A program made the position numbers and the translations under genes. Below are positions 52,615 through 62,801 of a stretch of 64,000 nucleotides of DNA, piece after piece. The stretch covers positions 736,001-800,000 of the forward strand of contig OZ244717.1 in the NCBI GenBank assembly GCA_965218975.1, given 5' to 3'. Every line of letters starts with the position of its first letter. Positions within the stretch are counted from its first letter, which is position 1. The notes beneath the pieces are model-generated. The model made no database searches and was not told the origin of the DNA. It saw nothing but the letters and a program-made list of their open reading frames with translations. Source of the stretch: Candidatus Oxydemutatoraceae bacterium. GTDB lineage: Bacteria > Pseudomonadota > Gammaproteobacteria > Poriferisulfidales > Oxydemutatoraceae.

Positions 52615-52950
52615 TTACACCGGGGGCGATTCCTGTTCGGGCGGAACATAAGCGGGATCATTCGGATTTAAGAAAATAAAGTTAAACTCGCCTTTCTCCA
52701 TCTCCACAAAGTCTATCGCCATATCCTTTACCAACATTAAAGCCTCGCCCGAGACGACAATATTGATTCCTGCGCTTTTGCAAGTCAAATCATCCTGATA
52801 ACTCGCATCGTCGAACCCCATCGCATAATGGAAACTATCATCCGGTTTGCGCACCACCGCAATCCGCAGAGACAAACCTTCCATATTCCCGTCTTTTGCG
52901 GATTGTTTAATACGCGCCGCCGCCGCCTCTGTCACTGTAATCATGCGCAT
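52615..52950 (-). CDS. dsrR: DsrR-like IscA homologue lacking the conserved Fe-S cysteines
   Basis: IscA-type N-terminus (ITVTEAAA); YAMGFDD, IDFVE, FIFLNPND; no GC or CGC motif. Confidence 0.7.
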   Translation of the reverse strand: MRMITVTEAAAARIKQSAKDGNMEGLSLRIAVVRKPDDSFHYAMGFDDASYQDDLTCKSAGINIVVSGEALMLVKDMAIDFVEMEKGEFNFIFLNPNDPAYVPPEQESPPV

Positions 52951-52996
52951 AGTTTAACCGAACTCGTCGGCTTTCTCCGTAACGCGATCGCAGTAC

Positions 52997-53028
52997 AAAA
53001 AAAGGGGCGTCCCGGCAGGACGCCCCTT
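52997..53028 (-). terminator. Rho-independent terminator after the porin gene
   Basis: AAGGGGCGTCC-TGCCG-GGACGCCCC followed by T7. Confidence 0.85.
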
Positions 53029-53080
53029 AAAAGCTGCCATTGATCAGCGCAATGCAACGATGAACGTTTGCAAACGCCGA

Positions 53081-54472
53081 TTAGTCAAACCAATGAATGA
53101 TACCAAAGGAGACTGCGTCAATGTCTCCACCTTTAACGGGATTCCCAGTGTTAATACCAAAATCATATTGCGAATTAGCCTCGTTGTCCACTTCCGAATA
53201 CGTCAGACGCAATTCGGTGCCGGCCGGCATCGTGTAGAACAAACCAAGGTTATAAGCTTTGGCGTCGGTGTCTTTCTCTTGCGCGCTGGTGCAAGCAGAA
53301 TCGGAACCGCACTCCCATTCATCGCCATCCATGTACGAGAAGCGAAAATCAAAACCGTTGCCGAAGGAGTGCTTGCCCGAGATCATCCAAGCCTCGCGCT
53401 CGACATCCGTCCATACCGCTTGAACTTCGCCCGTTGCGTCATTGCCATAGCCAGGGGTAGCACCCTCATTAAGTTCAATACACCCGTCAGCATCGTAATC
53501 GAGTTCTTCCCACATTGCGGCAAGCCAGGTTTTCATACCGTTGCCCCAGTCGTGAACATAACGACCGGCGATTCTAATGCCTTCGTCATTCGAATCAGTA
53601 CAGGAGTTTGCAATTTTTTGTGTTTGATCATTAGCAAAACTGTTATTGAGATCCGTGATACTGAGGTCATCGTGCTCTTGATAGGCTGCCGCAATCCAGA
53701 ATTGATCGCCGTTCGCCAGATTATGCTGATAAGACACACCCGTCGATATGATGCGCGGATCAACAGTGACTCCACTGGGGTGAGATTGGTCGTCTGTCGC
53801 ACTGCCTTCGGTGACCGCGAAACGGAACTGAAAACCGTCGCGCGCCTGCGAAGCCATCGCGCTGGTGTTCGGCCAAACATACATGACCACACCTTCCTGA
53901 CGACGGTTGAACGCGAGCGCTCCATAAGCTTCACCGAAATCATCGTCGAAGCTGCCATTATAGTAGAGATATGAAAAATCTCCGCCACCGGAAGCACCTG
54001 CTTCTGGCTGTGTAGCACTTTGCCCGAGATTACCCATAATGCTGGTATGCGAATTGGTGTCGGCATCGTAGAATGGGTCTATCCACCCCGCAACGATTTC
54101 GTTATACGGCAACAGCCACTGAGCGAACATGATCTCACCCATCATCTCGTGACGCAAGCTGATCTTGGAATTACGATTGCACCAGTCGGTGTATTTGTTG
54201 TTCCTGCCCCAGTAGGTAAACTGCTCGCAACGCAGACCGACTTGCAAACCGGCAATGCCCGTATCCATGTGCGACATGAAACCGATGTTACCGGCATCGT
54301 TGCTCAGGCGATCTACTTCCTTGCCTCCATCAGCATCAACAAATTCATACGACCAGTTTTGCCAACTGTAAAGGTTGATGTTTTCTTCAGCGCCCATACC
54401 GGCCATGCCGCTCAGCGGAATGACCGCCAGCGCAATGCCGAGTACTGAAGAAAGCAAAAGTTTTCTAACCAT
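53081..54472 (-). CDS. Gram-negative outer-membrane porin
   Basis: Signal peptide, alternating beta strands, NRNSKISL..GEI, C-terminal GIIHWFD. Confidence 0.8.
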   Translation of the reverse strand: MVRKLLLSSVLGIALAVIPLSGMAGMGAEENINLYSWQNWSYEFVDADGGKEVDRLSNDAGNIGFMSHMDTGIAGLQVGLRCEQFTYWGRNNKYTDWCNRNSKISLRHEMMGEIMFAQWLLPYNEIVAGWIDPFYDADTNSHTSIMGNLGQSATQPEAGASGGGDFSYLYYNGSFDDDFGEAYGALAFNRRQEGVVMYVWPNTSAMASQARDGFQFRFAVTEGSATDDQSHPSGVTVDPRIISTGVSYQHNLANGDQFWIAAAYQEHDDLSITDLNNSFANDQTQKIANSCTDSNDEGIRIAGRYVHDWGNGMKTWLAAMWEELDYDADGCIELNEGATPGYGNDATGEVQAVWTDVEREAWMISGKHSFGNGFDFRFSYMDGDEWECGSDSACTSAQEKDTDAKAYNLGLFYTMPAGTELRLTYSEVDNEANSQYDFGINTGNPVKGGDIDAVSFGIIHWFD

Positions 54473-54912
54473 TATTTTTCTCCCTTTGAATTATTCAAAA
54501 GCCCCTGATTCTTTTTAATTAAGAATGCCGGGTATTGTTGTTATTGTGCACAATCCTGTGCTCAACATACAACGGCGCTGTTAAGAAATACCATATAGCA
54601 CTCTTCACAAAGGCCGCCGCGGAAATCTCACACGGTGTTTTTGCAACATTCAAACCGACACCGGAACCCAATGGGTTCACGTAATCGCCTCAAACGGGGA
54701 GTAAGGATAAACCAACCGTTTCAAAAAAGCAACAATAAAATGTATATCGCATTCAAACAACACCGAAAGTCTCGACGGATGAAGTTTGCCCTTAACGCAA
54801 GCCTTAGAAAGTTGTCCGGATATTGCCATTCGATGGTAAAACTTTAATTGTCTCTAATTGTCTCTTTTTCACAACAAAGTAATTATTTACTATCCGCAAG
54901 TACATAAAGCTC

Positions 54913-56433
54913 AGAAACCTTTGATGCGGTGACCGATGTGGATGCGGTGACCGATGTGCTGATATTGCATATCGGTCACCGCGTCAAAGGTTTCTATATG
55001 AGTCAATTTTGCTTCAAAAATAGAGGTTATTATGAACACAACGGCTCAACAGAAATATGATGCCCTCATTTTGGGAGGGTTGTAACTCCCGAACGCATTC
55101 AAGATCGGTCGCAGTACTTTGTACCGCTGGCGCCGACGTTATCGCCGCACTGGCCTCAGCGCCTTACATGATCGCGGCAAAGCGCCGCGCAAGAGGTGGC
55201 GGCGAGTCTGGCCACAACCGATTCAGCACGAAACCGTTTTGCGCTTGTTGCCGGATTGTCGACGGATTGTGCCGGATTATCAGCACAGTGCTTGTCGTCC
55301 ATGACGCGACTGGGTTCTGTCAACAAGCCCCAGCCCCGACGTCCTTGTCGGGTCGTTCACCGCTGAAAACCAATTGGTTTTCCGGGCGCGTCTCACCCAT
55401 GACGAGACTTGGTTCTGTTAATGAGCGCCAGCCCTGACGTCCTTGTCGGGTCGTTCGCCGCTGAAAACCGATCGGTTTTCCGGGCGCGTCTCACCCTGCG
55501 CCTGGCAGAATTTCGGCAGCAGTAAAGTCTTTGAGCTGATGAAATCATTTTGTGTTTGTTGGCGGATTGTCGGCGGATTGTGCCGGATTGTCGGCAAAGT
55601 GCCTGTCATCCATGACGCGACTGGGTTCTGTCAACAAGCCCCAGCCCCGACATCCTTGTCGGGTCGTTCACCGCTGAAAACCGATCGGTTTTCAGCGGCG
55701 CGTCTCACCCATGACGAGACTTGGTTCTGTCAATGAGCGCCAGCCCTGACGTCCTTGTCGGGTCGTTCACCGCTGAAAACCGATCGGTTTTCCGGGCGCG
55801 TCTCACCCTGCGCCTGGCAGAATTTCGGCAGCAGTAAAGTCTTTGAGCTGATGAAACCATTTTGTGTTTGTTGCCGTGTTGTCGGCGGATTGTGCCGGAT
55901 TATCAGCACAGTGCTTGTCGTCCATGACGCGACTGGGTTCTGTCAACAAGCCCCAGCCCCGACGTCCTTGTCGGGTCGTTCACCGCTGAAAACCAATTGG
56001 TTTTCCGGGCGCGTCTCACCCATGACGCGACTGGGTTCTGTCAACAAGCCCCAGCCCCGACATCCTTGTCGGGTCGTTCACCGCTGAAAACCAATTGGTT
56101 TTCCGGGCGCGTCTCACCCTGCGCCAGGCTTATCCGAATCTCGGTAGCAGTAAAATCTTTGAGCTGATGAAACCGTTTTGTGTTTGTTGGCGAATTGTGC
56201 CGGATTGTCGGCAAAGTGCCTGTCATCCATGACGCGACTTGGTGCTGTCAATGAACCCCAGCCCCGACGTCCTTGTCGGGTCGTTCGCCGCTGAAAACCG
56301 ATCGGTTTTCCGAGCGCGTCTCACCCTGCACCGCCCTCATGCCGGCAACGGACAGAAAGCACCGACCCGAATGTTACTGCCGAACGCTTCCTCCGAAGCC
56401 CTTCAAAAATCCCATCTAGGGTGGCATCGTACA
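54913..56433 (+). mobile_element. Internally deleted IS481-family element with seven 98-bp units; left end replaced by a fold-back
   Basis: HTH fragment, repeat units 55300-56325, HRPH fragment, ends GGCATCGTACA at 56433. Confidence 0.85.
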
Positions 56434-56438
56434 AATTC

Positions 56439-56467
56439 TTGCGTAAAACGCTTGGTTATTATAAAAT
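56439..56467 (+). promoter_or_regulatory. Putative sigma70 promoter of the isc operon
   Basis: TTGCGT-17bp-TAAAAT upstream of iscR. Confidence 0.55.
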
Positions 56468-56509
56468 AGACCTTATTTAATAATTGAGCGAATTGAGCGA
56501 GGGTTTTTT

Positions 56510-57007
56510 ATGCGACTAACAACACGTGGGCGATATGCGGTGACCGCGATTTTAGATTTGGCGCTACATCAGAAAGACGGTCCGGTTACGCTGAGCGAGA
56601 TTTCTAAGCGACAGGATATTGCCGCATCTTACTTAGGGCAATTGTTTTCGCAGTTGCGTAAACACGGGTTGGTCAACAGTCAACGCGGACCGGGCGGCGG
56701 TTATTATCTTGCTAAAACGGCGGAAGATATCGCTCTTGTCGATGTGATTGATGCTGTCGATGAGAAATTGGACACCACTCGTTGCGGCGGTAACGTCAAT
56801 TGTCAGAATAAACAGCGATGTCTGACGCATAGCTTATGGGAAAACTTGGGACGTAAAATACATCGTTTCTTATCCGATATTTCTTTGGCGGAAGCAATTT
56901 CAGATCATGCTCTGTTGGAAGTTTCCAGACGTCAAGATCGGCAGATGGCAGACACTTTTCCAAAGACTCGTCTGCTCGGCACGTCGCATACTTCGGAGTG
57001 CTTCTGA
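56510..57007 (+). CDS. iscR: Fe-S cluster assembly regulator
   Basis: [24 protein letters not shown] ligands. Confidence 0.95.
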   Translation: MRLTTRGRYAVTAILDLALHQKDGPVTLSEISKRQDIAASYLGQLFSQLRKHGLVNSQRGPGGGYYLAKTAEDIALVDVIDAVDEKLDTTRCGGNVNCQNKQRCLTHSLWENLGRKIHRFLSDISLAEAISDHALLEVSRRQDRQMADTFPKTRLLGTSHTSECF

Positions 57008-58230
57008 TGAGCGACTTGAAACTACCTATCTACCTCGACTACAGCGCGACAACGCCGATGGACCCGCGTGTTGCGGAAAAAATGATGCAATACCTAACTC
57101 CGGAAGGTATTTTTGGCAATCCCGCTTCGCGTAGTCATGTATTCGGCTGGCGGGCGGAAGAGACCGTGAAGCAGGCGCGTGAACAAGTGGCCGCGCTTAT
57201 TAACGCCGACCCGCGCGAAATTATTTGGACGAGCGGCGCGACCGAATCGGATAATCTTGCGATTAAAGGAGCGGCGCATTTCTATCAGAAAAAAGGCAAG
57301 CATATTGTTACATTGAAAACCGAACACAAGGCCGTGTTGGATACGTGTCGTCAGCTTGAAAGAGAGGGTTGCGAAGTAACTTACTTGGAACCGGAGAGTA
57401 ACGGACTTTTGGATTTGCAGAAATTGATAGCGGCGCTACGTGACGATACGGTGGTGGTTTCGATTATGCATGTGAATAATGAGATCGGTGTAATCCAAGA
57501 CATTAAAGCAATTGGTGAAATTACTCGTGAACGCAGAATTATTTTTCATGTCGATGCGGCGCAAAGTGCCGGCAAAGTGGTGATTGATTTGCAGGATTTA
57601 AAAGTTGACTTGATGAGTTTTTCGGCGCATAAAATCTACGGCCCGAAAGGTATCGGTGCACTCTATGTACGGCGTAAACCACGAGTAAGAATTGAAGCGC
57701 AAATGCATGGCGGCGGGCACGAACGCGGATTACGTTCGGGCACTTTGCCGACTCATCAAATTGTCGGCATGGGCGAAGCGTTTCGTATTTCCAAGGAGGA
57801 TATGGCGGCGGATAATGAGCGGATTCGCTTGTTTTCTCGGCGTTTGTGGGAAGGGCTGAAAGGGTTGGATGAGGTTTACTTAAACGGCGATTTGGAGCAA
57901 CGTATCCCGGGGAACTTAAACGTTAGTTTTAATTTTGTCGAGGGCGAATCTTTGATTATGGCGCTGAAGCATATTGCGGTATCCAGCGGATCGGCTTGCA
58001 CTTCTGCTTCGCTTGAACCTAGTTATGTATTACGTGCGTTAGGGCGCAACGACGAATTGGCACATAGTTCCATTCGTTTTACAATTGGGCGCTTTACCAA
58101 GGCTGATGAAATTGATTACACCATCTCCCATGTTCGCAAGGCCGTTGAAAAATTACGTGATTTGTCGCCGTTATGGGAGATGTATCAGGAGGGTGTTGAT
58201 CTTGATTCAATTGAGTGGGCGGCGCATTGA
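57007..58230 (+). CDS. iscS: Cysteine desulfurase
   Basis: [27 protein letters not shown]. Confidence 0.98.
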   Translation: MSDLKLPIYLDYSATTPMDPRVAEKMMQYLTPEGIFGNPASRSHVFGWRAEETVKQAREQVAALINADPREIIWTSGATESDNLAIKGAAHFYQKKGKHIVTLKTEHKAVLDTCRQLEREGCEVTYLEPESNGLLDLQKLIAALRDDTVVVSIMHVNNEIGVIQDIKAIGEITRERRIIFHVDAAQSAGKVVIDLQDLKVDLMSFSAHKIYGPKGIGALYVRRKPRVRIEAQMHGGGHERGLRSGTLPTHQIVGMGEAFRISKEDMAADNERIRLFSRRLWEGLKGLDEVYLNGDLEQRIPGNLNVSFNFVEGESLIMALKHIAVSSGSACTSASLEPSYVLRALGRNDELAHSSIRFTIGRFTKADEIDYTISHVRKAVEKLRDLSPLWEMYQEGVDLDSIEWAAH

Positions 58231-58279
58231 TGCCGACTACGCTAATTTTTTTTTATTAAAGTAAAGTGAGGGAGTAATT

Positions 58280-58669
58280 ATGGCATACGGAAATAAAGTA
58301 CTAGACCATTATGAAAATCCGCGGAATGTCGGTTCCATGGACAAAAATGATCCTACTGTCGGAACCGGTATGGTGGGTGCGCCCGCGTGCGGTGACGTTA
58401 TGAAACTACAAATTAAGGTTGATGATAACGGTGTCATTGAAGAGGCCAAGTTTAAAACCTATGGCTGCGGTTCTGCGATAGCGTCTTCCAGTCTGCTCAC
58501 CGAATGGGTGCGAGGCAAGCGTCTCGATGAGGCGGAAGAGATCAAGAACACTCAGATCGTCGAAGAGTTATCGCTGCCGCCGGTGAAAATTCATTGCTCG
58601 ATTTTGGCAGAGGACGCGATCAAAGCGGCAATTGCCGATTATCGAGAAAAGCACGACAAAGCTGATTAA
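58280..58669 (+). CDS. iscU: Fe-S scaffold protein
   Basis: [27 protein letters not shown]. Confidence 0.98.
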   Translation: MAYGNKVLDHYENPRNVGSMDKNDPTVGTGMVGAPACGDVMKLQIKVDDNGVIEEAKFKTYGCGSAIASSSLLTEWVRGKRLDEAEEIKNTQIVEELSLPPVKIHCSILAEDAIKAAIADYREKHDKAD

Positions 58670-58692
58670 AGCAGCTGCGATCGGGTATTGAA

Positions 58693-59016
58693 ATGACGGT
58701 TTCATTGACCGATGCCGCCGCCAACCATGTCAAACGCTACTTGGCAAAGCGTGGTAAGGGTGTGGGGATTCGTCTAGGAGTGCGTACTACCGGCTGTTCG
58801 GGGATGGCGTACGTTATTGAATTTGCCGATAGAGTCGACAACAATGATGTAGTGGTGAAAGAAAAAGGTGTCACGATTGTGATTGATCCGAAAAGCGTCT
58901 TTTATCTGGGAGGCGCTGAGTTGGATTTCGGAAGAGAAGGTCTGAATGAAGGGTTTAAGTTCACAAACCCCAACGAGACGGGGCGCTGCGGTTGCGGGGA
59001 AAGTTTTAGCGTGTAG
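58693..59016 (+). CDS. iscA: Fe-S assembly A-type carrier
   Basis: [15 protein letters not shown]. Confidence 0.96.
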   Translation: MTVSLTDAAANHVKRYLAKRGKGVGIRLGVRTTGCSGMAYVIEFADRVDNNDVVVKEKGVTIVIDPKSVFYLGGAELDFGREGLNEGFKFTNPNETGRCGCGESFSV

Positions 59017-59071
59017 CCGATTCGGGCTTGAGTATATTACCGGTTGCACACTCATAAGCGTATAAATCATC

Positions 59072-59599
59072 ATGTCACTACAGCTTGCTGACAACTACTT
59101 CGAGTTGTTAGGTGTTGATATTGATTTTCATGTGGCGCAAGAGAAAATTGACGACCAATATCAAAAATTTCAAATAATGTTGCATCCCGATCGTTATGCC
59201 GGTGCAAGTGAGCAAGTGCGACGGGTCGCTGCGCAAAAATCGGCTAGCATAAACGAAGCGTATCGCGTGTTGAGCGATGATTGCGCCCGTGCCGCCTACC
59301 TGCTTGAGTTGGAGGGAGTGCGATCCGACAGCGAGAAAGAAACGATCAAAGATCCCGAGTTTTTAGCGGAGCAAATGGGATTACGCGAACAATTGGCCGA
59401 TGCTGGCGATGACGTTACGACGTTGAAAGAAATTCGACAGACAGCGCAAGAAAAATTAACCGAATACGGTAAAGCCTTTGATCAAGCATATACGGGAAAA
59501 GCATTTGCTCAAGCCGGCATGATATTGTTCCGAATGCAGTTTGCTCGTAAATTAAGCGCGGAAGCGAATGCAAAAATCAAATCTATTGCGCCGAACTAA
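59072..59599 (+). CDS. hscB: Co-chaperone HscB
   Basis: NYFELL, HPD, INEAY, DPEFL.EQM.LRE. Confidence 0.94.
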   Translation: MSLQLADNYFELLGVDIDFHVAQEKIDDQYQKFQIMLHPDRYAGASEQVRRVAAQKSASINEAYRVLSDDCARAAYLLELEGVRSDSEKETIKDPEFLAEQMGLREQLADAGDDVTTLKEIRQTAQEKLTEYGKAFDQAYTGKAFAQAGMILFRMQFARKLSAEANAKIKSIAPN

Positions 59600-59607
59600 G
59601 ATTAAGC

Positions 59608-61485
59608 ATGGCACTGATTCAAATCACTGAGCCCGATAGCGTACCTGCGACTCGTCTGCGACGCTATGCTGTCGGTATTGATTTAGGGACCACCAATTCA
59701 CTTGTTGCCACTGTGCGGGATGGTGTTGCCGTTACTTTACCTGATGCGGAAGGGCATCATAGCTTACCGTCTGTCGTACGCTATTCAAACGGCGAGGTGA
59801 CAGTGGGTCGGGCGGCAGCGGCAGAGAGCATTGCCGACCCGTTCAATACGATTGCTTCGGTGAAACGCTTGCTCGGACGGCAGCCCGGGGAACTGAAAAT
59901 ATTATCCGATCGGATGCCGTATCGATTTGTCCGACAAGATACGGCAGTCGCGCACATTCGGACGGCGGCGGGTGTGAAAACTCCGGTAGAAGTTTCAGCA
60001 GATATTCTTCGTACGTTATCGAAACGGGCAAAACGCAACATGGCAACCGATTACCTTGACGGAGTCGTGATTACCGTGCCCGCCTATTTTGACGATGCGC
60101 AACGTCAAGCGACGAAAGATGCGGCAAAGCTTGCGAATCTAAAAGTATTGCGTTTATTAAATGAACCGACTGCAGCCGCGGTTGCGTACGGTTTGGATAG
60201 CGGTCAAGAAGGCACAATTGTAGTTTATGACCTCGGCGGCGGGACTTTTGACGTATCGGTGTTGAACTTGGAGAAAGGAGTTTTCAAAGTGTTGGCGACC
60301 GGTGGCGATACCGCATTAGGGGGTGATGATTTCGATCGTTTGATTGCCGAGGACATGCTGCAAACCGGCAAGCGGATGATGTATGTCAATGAGGCTCCGA
60401 CCACTTTACGTTATTTGACACAGAGCGCACGTGAAATCAAAGAGGCGCTTAGCGAGCGGGAGACAGTGTCGCAAAAAATATGTTTGCCGGAGGGCGGGCA
60501 GTGGAATTACTCGCTATCGCGGCAGCAGTTTGAACGAATGATTGCGCCGTTAGTAACCAAGACGGCTCAAACATGCCGGCGTGTATTGCACGATGCCGAT
60601 GTTATGCTGCAACAAGTTCGAGAAGTCATCATGGTCGGCGGGTCAACACGGGTGCCGCTCGTGCGTGATCAAGCGACTCGAATATTCGGACGTAGCCCGC
60701 GTGTCGACATTGATCCCGATAAAGTAGTGGCAGTCGGCGCCGCGATACAAGCGGATATCCTCGTCGGCAACAAACCGGATAATGATGCGCTTTTGCTTGA
60801 TGTAATTCCGTTATCGCTCGGTGTCGAGACGATGGGCGGATTGGCTGAAAAATTAATTCCACGCAACACAACAATCCCTGTGGAGCGAGTCCAAGAATTT
60901 ACCACATTTCGCGATAGTCAGACCGGAATATCTATCCATGTGCTGCAAGGCGAACGCGAGCTTGTTCGTGACTGCCGTTCATTGGCAAAGTTTGAGCTGA
61001 AAGGATTACCGCCAATGGTTGCGGGCGCGCCGCGTGTTCGTGTTACTTTTCGAGTGGATGCCGACGGATTGCTGTCGGTTGAAGCGGCAGAGCAAACGCA
61101 GGGCATTAGCACCCGTGTCGAAGTACGTCCTTCCTATGGTCTAACGGACGGCGAGATTGAACGAATGTTGGTTGATTCGGTAGAGTATGCTAGAGAAGAT
61201 ATGCATGTGCGTAAGTTAAGAGAACAGCAAATTGAGGCAAAACGAGTGATTGAATCTTTGCAATCGGCTATGGCAAAGGATGCGGGTCAGCTATTAAATG
61301 CGGATGAACTTGCGCTGATTAATGCGGCGAAGAAAGATTTACAGGCGGCGCTAACGGGCGATGATGCCGATGAAATTCGTTGCAAGGTGGAAGCTTTGGA
61401 GCAAGCGAGTGAAGCGTATGTTTCTCGGCGAATGAATGATAGTATTCGTGCCGCGATGCTCGGCCGAAACGTGGATTATTTTTAA
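59608..61485 (+). CDS. hscA: Chaperone HscA
   Basis: MALIQITEP, GIDLGTTNS, Hsp70 motifs, operon position. Confidence 0.96.
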   Translation: MALIQITEPDSVPATRLRRYAVGIDLGTTNSLVATVRDGVAVTLPDAEGHHSLPSVVRYSNGEVTVGRAAAAESIADPFNTIASVKRLLGRQPGELKILSDRMPYRFVRQDTAVAHIRTAAGVKTPVEVSADILRTLSKRAKRNMATDYLDGVVITVPAYFDDAQRQATKDAAKLANLKVLRLLNEPTAAAVAYGLDSGQEGTIVVYDLGGGTFDVSVLNLEKGVFKVLATGGDTALGGDDFDRLIAEDMLQTGKRMMYVNEAPTTLRYLTQSAREIKEALSERETVSQKICLPEGGQWNYSLSRQQFERMIAPLVTKTAQTCRRVLHDADVMLQQVREVIMVGGSTRVPLVRDQATRIFGRSPRVDIDPDKVVAVGAAIQADILVGNKPDNDALLLDVIPLSLGVETMGGLAEKLIPRNTTIPVERVQEFTTFRDSQTGISIHVLQGERELVRDCRSLAKFELKGLPPMVAGAPRVRVTFRVDADGLLSVEAAEQTQGISTRVEVRPSYGLTDGEIERMLVDSVEYAREDMHVRKLREQQIEAKRVIESLQSAMAKDAGQLLNADELALINAAKKDLQAALTGDDADEIRCKVEALEQASEAYVSRRMNDSIRAAMLGRNVDYF

Positions 61486-61508
61486 CCTGAGATTTTTTAG
61501 ATCTAGCG

Positions 61509-61847
61509 ATGCCGACCATTACATTTATGTCGCATGAAGTGCTTTGCCCGCAAGGCAAAGTAGTTGAAGTTGTGTCGGGCACGAGCATTTGTGATGCGGC
61601 GCTTGATAACGGTATTGAGTTGGAACATGCTTGTGAAAAATCATGTGCTTGCACAACATGCCATGTTTATGTGCGTCGCGGTTATGATTCTTTGGCCGAG
61701 CCAAGTGAAAACGAGGAGGATTATTTGGATAAAGCATGGGGGCTTGATCCGGATTCGCGATTAGGTTGCCAAGCAAAAGTTTCGGATGAAGATTTGGTCG
61801 TGGAAATTCCAAAGTACACGATTAATCTTGTTTCCGAGCAACATTGA
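61509..61847 (+). CDS. fdx: ISC 2Fe-2S ferredoxin
   Basis: EHACEKSCACTTCHV, SRLGCQ. Confidence 0.96.
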   Translation: MPTITFMSHEVLCPQGKVVEVVSGTSICDAALDNGIELEHACEKSCACTTCHVYVRRGYDSLAEPSENEEDYLDKAWGLDPDSRLGCQAKVSDEDLVVEIPKYTINLVSEQH

Positions 61848-61871
61848 CTACTCAATGGTAACAGAGGGAAG

Positions 61872-62072
61872 ATGGCTTTGAAATGGGTTGACAGTTTGGA
61901 AATCGCACTTGTTCTGGAAGAAGCGTATCCCGATATAGACCCGCGGTATGTTCGGTTTACCGATTTGGCAAAGTGGGTGTGCGAACTAAAAGATTTTGAC
62001 GACGACCCTAATCATTGCGGCGAAAGAGTTTTAGAGGCGATTCAGTCCGCGTGGATTGAAGAGCGCGCATAA
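61872..62072 (+). CDS. iscX: Fe-S assembly protein IscX
   Basis: LKW.DS.EIA, RFTDL..W, FDDDP, LEAIQ..W. Confidence 0.94.
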   Translation: MALKWVDSLEIALVLEEAYPDIDPRYVRFTDLAKWVCELKDFDDDPNHCGERVLEAIQSAWIEERA

Positions 62073-62131
62073 TTTATCATCGCGGCGATATTCCAGCCAG
62101 CCTGCAACATCGTTTTAAGGGGAAAATTATA

Positions 62132-62560
62132 ATGCTTGAAAAGACTTTGTCTATCGTAAAGCCGGACGCGGTCCGCAATAATGCTATCGGCCGCATTTAC
62201 GCATGTTTTGAACGTGCCGGTTTACGGGTTATTGCGGCAAAGATGTTACATTTATCCGTTCGACAAGCACAGGAATTCTATGCAATTCACCGCGGCAAAT
62301 CCTTTTTTGCCGCGTTAATTGAATTTATGACCTCGGGACCAATAATGGTGCAGGTACTTGAGGGCGATAATGCCATCGCGAAAAACCGTGAGATTATGGG
62401 TGCGACGGATCCTCAAGAAGCGGCGGCAGGCACTATTCGCGCCGACTTTGCCGCTTCAATTGACCAAAATGCGGTACATGGATCGGACGAACAAGATACC
62501 GCCGAGCGAGAAATTAATTTTTTCTTTAACGCTGATGAAATGTATCCGAGACCCGATTAG
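62132..62560 (+). CDS. ndk: Nucleoside diphosphate kinase
   Basis: [24 protein letters not shown]. Confidence 0.97.
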   Translation: MLEKTLSIVKPDAVRNNAIGRIYACFERAGLRVIAAKMLHLSVRQAQEFYAIHRGKSFFAALIEFMTSGPIMVQVLEGDNAIAKNREIMGATDPQEAAAGTIRADFAASIDQNAVHGSDEQDTAEREINFFFNADEMYPRPD

Positions 62561-62801
62561 ACCGAATATGATGGAAGCGCTACGCACTTGTTTTTCAACT
62601 TTTAATCTGTTCGGATTTAATACCGTTGTCTTCCCGCAACCGCTATATTTTAATTTATGTTTTAAACCTGCCGGTGGCGATTATGCACACAATACCTTAC
62701 CTTACCTTACCTTTTATAAGATTTGCTGCATTCGCTGATTTAATTCGATCAATGTGCCGTGAGTATGTCCGACGATTCGGCTATCGGTTTGAGAAAAGGC
62801 G

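Noticed and set aside
53060-53974. 304-aa plus-strand ORF
   Set aside because: Antisense to the porin, with no recognisable motifs.
55057-56469. Short ORFs inside the IS481/98-bp arrays as real genes (also 36988-38923)
   Set aside because: They are frame-mixed translations of repeats and transposase scraps.
56460-56500. IscR autoregulatory site
   Set aside because: AT-rich with only a weak resemblance to the type 1 consensus; cannot be supported by eye.
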